A DNA stretch of 27,938 bases from a virus (lineage: Duplodnaviria > Caudoviricetes), in the IMG/VR virus record IMGVR_UViG_3300031628_000029, positions 1 to 27,938 of that record; one strand, written 5' to 3'. This document shows, one piece after another, positions 25,101 through 27,938 of this stretch (position 1 is the stretch's first letter; every line of letters begins with the position of its first letter). A program made the translations under genes and the position numbers. The notes beneath the pieces are model-generated. The model worked only from the letters and a program-made list of their open reading frames with translations. It had not been told where the DNA came from and ran no database searches.

Positions 25101-27890
25101 TCTGCTTTTATTAGCGGCCTTAGTAAAACTTTAATTTTGATTAAAGATCGTTTTAAAGAAGGTCTCTTCGGAGAAGATGCATTAGAATTTTCTATGCCAG
25201 ATGAACTAACAACAGGGGCATCAACTACTACTACTGGAAGCTTTAAACCTGATACTTTTAATGGCATGGCTACAGAAATGGCAAAAGAGTTTTCTGCAAC
25301 TTTTGGAACGGCTTTGCTTGCTGCTATAGCTGCAGGAATGATCTTTCCAGCTGCAGCTAAAGCAATTAAGTCAGCTATTATTGAAAAGTTAAACCCGTTT
25401 GATGATGGCAATCAAATGACAAAAGCAATTAACGGCTCTATGAACCGACAAACTCAACCTGTCATGGCAAGGGCTCAACAACGTGGGCAAACCATGGGCG
25501 CTAGAATGGGTAGAGGAATGGTAGCGGGAATTAAACTTGCTGGAATAGGGTTTGCTATACAACAAGCAGCAGGTTTAGCTACTAGCTTTATGGATCAGTC
25601 TACAGAAGAACAGCAGCAAAATGCAAAACTTCTTCAGGGAGCAGGAGATATAGCTGCTGGCATAGCCTACGGTGCTGCTGGAGGCTCTATTTTTGGACCT
25701 GCAGGAATGGCTATTGGTGGTGTTTTAGGGGGGTTTATAGCAGCAGGTATGTCTGACGCTATTGAAGATCCTCAGTTTAAAGCAGGTCTTATCCGTACTA
25801 CTGAAAATATTTGGGAAACTGTTACTAGGAGTCTTGGAAACTTAGCTGAAAGTTTAGGTCAGCTTTGGAGTCGTATTTCAGGTTCTTACGGAATATCAGA
25901 GACAGATTCTCAAGAAATAGCAGCAGCGACTAGTCAAAGTAGTGGCCCTGTTAGAGATACTCCTATTTATGCTAGTTCAGGAATTCCCCCAGAGCAGCAA
26001 GCAAGAATAGCAGAGATGCGATTAAATTTTAATGATGAAAGCATTCTACCAGCAATTTTGGTACAACTTGGAAAAGTTCAAGCAGAAATTTTAAAGAATA
26101 GAGCCGAAGTTAAAGTTGCAGATCAAGAACTTACTAGCACTAATGATTTAATGGCTTCTTTAAAAAATCCTTTTCTTCCGATAAGTGAAGAATTACAAGC
26201 TATAATGGACGATACAGATCTTAACGCAAAAAGTGAAGAACTTGAAAGTACACTTATAGTTCTTGGTGAAATGGCTCAAAAAAGAGCAGATGCTGCTGCT
26301 GATGCAGAACTTGCACTTTCAGTCAGAGAAACAGGCTTGTTAGATGCTTTAAAAGAAATGAAAAAGACTTTTGCAAATGAAGGTGTTTCTGGAAAACTTG
26401 AAACAAATTCTGATTTTTCTGTATTTCTAAAGCCTATTCTTGATGCAGAGCTTAAAAGATTTGAAAGTGTACTTGATACATTAACAGACTCAGGTGTAAA
26501 AGAAGATCACACCAAACTTTTTGGCCCAGAAAGCAAAGCGTTTGCAGACAAACTTATAGAGGCTATTGATAAGGCTTTAGTTGCAAAATACGGCACTGGC
26601 GTAAAAATGGCAACAGGGGGTCTTGTACGAGGGTCAGGAACCGAAACTTCGGACGATATACCCGCAATGCTTTCTAACAACGAGTTTGTTATGAATGCCA
26701 AAGCTGTTCGTAAGTTTGGCCCTAACTATCTTTCTCGTATGAACCAAGGGTTAATGCCGATTGGTTTAAGCTATGGTGATGGTGTTACTAGTAATGTTGG
26801 TATTGGCCCTCTGGAAGTTAGGACTGGAAAATCTCTCGTAGGATTTGAAAGAGAAGTAAAAAAGCTTGTTGGTGCTTTGTCTAATAGCAAGGATCTTCTT
26901 GGCGGCACAGCGGATGCGACAAGAGTTATAGAAGCTATTACAAACGAACTAGAAGGTGGTGATCCAAAGTTAGCTGGTGCTATCTTTAACGCTTATGGAA
27001 GACAAGTTCAAGAAGCTATTGTATCAGGACTAAATGACGAAGACGCTGGCAAACTGGCTGGCGGCGTCGCTCAAGTACAAACTGATGTAGCGAAAAAGCG
27101 TGAAGAAGAACTTAGACAAGTTGCTGACAACGTACAGACAACTTTTGCTTCTCAACTAGCTAGCGGCTTTAAAACTGGTAAGTTTGGAAACCTTTTAGAA
27201 GGAGTTCTTGATCAGTTTACTAGTAGCTTTATCGATCTTGCTGTAGGAAACTTTTCTAAATCTTTATTTGATAACTCAGGCTTATCTGAAGGACTTTTCA
27301 GCGCTTTTGACGGTGCTGATCTCTTTGGTGGAAAGCTTGGGGGTGGACTGTTTAAGAAGAAGGTTGAAGAGGGAACAAAGAAAGCTTCTAAAGACGCATC
27401 AGGAGCAATGGATGAAGTTGCTTCAGAAACCGGACCCCTGTCAAGTCTTTGGACTAGTATAAAGGGTATTGGCGAAGGTCTTTTTGAAGGTATCGAAGGG
27501 TCTTTAGGCGGTATATTCGAGAACGGTAAAAAGCTTTTAGGCGGTATCTTTAATACTTTAATGGGGTCTGGCGGTAGCGGTGGCCTGTTTAGCATGATTA
27601 CAGGGTCTGCCTTTGGGTCTATATTTATGTCTCAAGGTGGTATAGTCCCTAATACTTCTAGTTCTGTTACTGGAAGGGACAGTGTTCCCGCAATGTTAAC
27701 TCCCGGAGAACTAGTGTTAAGTACTAATCAAGTTAGAAACTTAAACTCAGGCTCCGGTGGACAACAAGTAATAAATCTGAGTATTACAGGCGATATATCT
27801 CGTCAAACTAAGTCAGAAGTTATTAAAATGCTTCCACAGATTGCAGCAGGAGTTAACGCTAACAATAAAGAAAATAACTTTAGAAACTAA
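22143..27890 (+). CDS. Tail tape measure protein
   Basis: 1915 aa, AAGGAG RBS, tape-measure N-terminal domain (SGATAEEANRAIRQLGQGLQGGVLRAEEYNSI), Ala/Gly-rich hydrophobic segments, C-terminal GG.V....D.VPAML..GE.V motif. Confidence 0.92.
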   Translation: MTQGVKIKVTADSSQARSDFANLSKSVKNIEQRGEAMSKIFRGLAIGAGFMASFTVLTKAISRSSDAVIKLENSLKVVMPAGQNLKGMMQELRVVSEQTRAPIANVALTFNRLAMAMQNKVLTKDIVKVTKNIQMAAAISGATAEEANRAIRQLGQGLQGGVLRAEEYNSIIDGMPRLAKAIADGMGVPLDGLREAMLAGQLTSKVMFKAIRGETEKLKEEFMQTKATIDQITALMGDEFNRALEAIGDVTGITKFIRQDLMGLRTVFKFVADNARFFAASAQLEFLLFISETKTFFRKWQEAIGGYFSKLFGPMLDKLQPITTWVENTFEKTKALTTQLLLFISPIQKTIKDIFTFSEKFLSAIAAANFDKLSNLKLPELTFFDKNGEGFEIPNLEDLLLPQFNLQFLNDYISRFKLDQIDFTDLTITLPDFSAALATFMPDSSLSTVSERIKNFLGIGEQGGGILGFFNKLYKDTFLSSPWPDMWNDKGVNNPVYFNPSSKIVVKIKAWAGSIQSLFTNLFNTAGTGWSEFSDDLLNLDLPDELTTGSTTTLRTPLGSLFDNIAKAWEKGRVELEAQIRAFDLAAVIGAVKNKTEIALQSLIDLFAIRLPVEVPQGIDAGLDSSEKILKRTSLGNLFANIARSWGLDQTTAIRATETWGGVLALSINSTKLALTQSLDSLKNLFKTEIKLPPGLDAGVDSGVYITPLGQVLNSLKEEYQSFLHSILTNDVGVAGGGFVVVDSPIGIAVKETKRFLKEQIIEAQKLKDQFLNLAFYKQEPVDFLGDPGMATTKSSSDLNDFATEVSNTYDRASDSLNRFRDSLINVFTVTKQVGFQGRETETSLANFSEIKENIEEIFIDIKISENAVKVIENLKELGVDRKASFQILFEDVTQAGADFVDAAFKAITSFDVEELQGAGFLASAFIAAFGVKNAVTFPIKIALIPAALSSEGAQEIAGSTAEGVGKLLRAMILPMSDGEADQDYVSAFISGLSKTLILIKDRFKEGLFGEDALEFSMPDELTTGASTTTTGSFKPDTFNGMATEMAKEFSATFGTALLAAIAAGMIFPAAAKAIKSAIIEKLNPFDDGNQMTKAINGSMNRQTQPVMARAQQRGQTMGARMGRGMVAGIKLAGIGFAIQQAAGLATSFMDQSTEEQQQNAKLLQGAGDIAAGIAYGAAGGSIFGPAGMAIGGVLGGFIAAGMSDAIEDPQFKAGLIRTTENIWETVTRSLGNLAESLGQLWSRISGSYGISETDSQEIAAATSQSSGPVRDTPIYASSGIPPEQQARIAEMRLNFNDESILPAILVQLGKVQAEILKNRAEVKVADQELTSTNDLMASLKNPFLPISEELQAIMDDTDLNAKSEELESTLIVLGEMAQKRADAAADAELALSVRETGLLDALKEMKKTFANEGVSGKLETNSDFSVFLKPILDAELKRFESVLDTLTDSGVKEDHTKLFGPESKAFADKLIEAIDKALVAKYGTGVKMATGGLVRGSGTETSDDIPAMLSNNEFVMNAKAVRKFGPNYLSRMNQGLMPIGLSYGDGVTSNVGIGPLEVRTGKSLVGFEREVKKLVGALSNSKDLLGGTADATRVIEAITNELEGGDPKLAGAIFNAYGRQVQEAIVSGLNDEDAGKLAGGVAQVQTDVAKKREEELRQVADNVQTTFASQLASGFKTGKFGNLLEGVLDQFTSSFIDLAVGNFSKSLFDNSGLSEGLFSAFDGADLFGGKLGGGLFKKKVEEGTKKASKDASGAMDEVASETGPLSSLWTSIKGIGEGLFEGIEGSLGGIFENGKKLLGGIFNTLMGSGGSGGLFSMITGSAFGSIFMSQGGIVPNTSSSVTGRDSVPAMLTPGELVLSTNQVRNLNSGSGGQQVINLSITGDISRQTKSEVIKMLPQIAAGVNANNKENNFRN

Positions 27891-27896
27891 CTATAC

Positions 27897-27923
27897 AGTC
27901 ACCCCTTCGGGGGTGGCTTTTTT
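27897..27923 (+). terminator. Rho-independent terminator
   Basis: AGTCACCCC-TTCG-GGGGTGGCT stem with a cUUCGg tetraloop, followed by a T-run. Confidence 0.9.
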
Positions 27924-27938
27924 ATCCACAAAGCCCGT

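Noticed and set aside
8680-27462. Alternative-frame + strand ORFs inside genes (8680, 12161, 18131, 20367, 27268)
   Set aside because: Nested in real genes, with Leu-rich off-frame composition and no RBS or lipobox; not supported as overlapping genes such as o-spanins.
1902-27595. Numerous minus-strand ORFs of 60-150 aa (e.g. 18535-18987, 27212-27595, 22184-22534, 20796-21056)
   Set aside because: They lie antisense to well-supported + strand genes, have no recognisable motifs, and look like shadows of the sense-strand codon pattern.

Overview
A single-stranded-orientation (+) structural and lysis region of a tailed dsDNA phage with a siphovirus-type long tail. It is AT-rich and has marine-phage hallmarks such as LamG fibre domains and phoH. 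Gene order: LamG tail fibre (partial), fibre chaperone, phoH, tail-tip genes (Dit, gpL-like hub, J-like central fibre, gpK-like NlpC/P60, two further virion proteins), holin(s) with a GH108 endolysin, portal, a 1456-aa protein, scaffold, major capsid, neck genes, tail tube, frameshifted tail chaperones, HK97-gp10-like protein, and a 1915-aa tape measure protein ending at a strong terminator. The standout is the 1456-aa protein: an N-terminal MuF/SPP1-gp7 minor head domain fused to a T7-type single-subunit RNA polymerase with recognisable catalytic motifs, which suggests an RNA polymerase loaded into the head. The window also has three intergenic copies of a conserved 21-28 bp promoter-like motif, three regularly spaced TGT-triloop hairpins before the scaffold gene, a short structured element plus a gene remnant before the portal, and a permuted morphogenesis gene order. 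All family assignments come from recognising motifs by eye; no searches were run.
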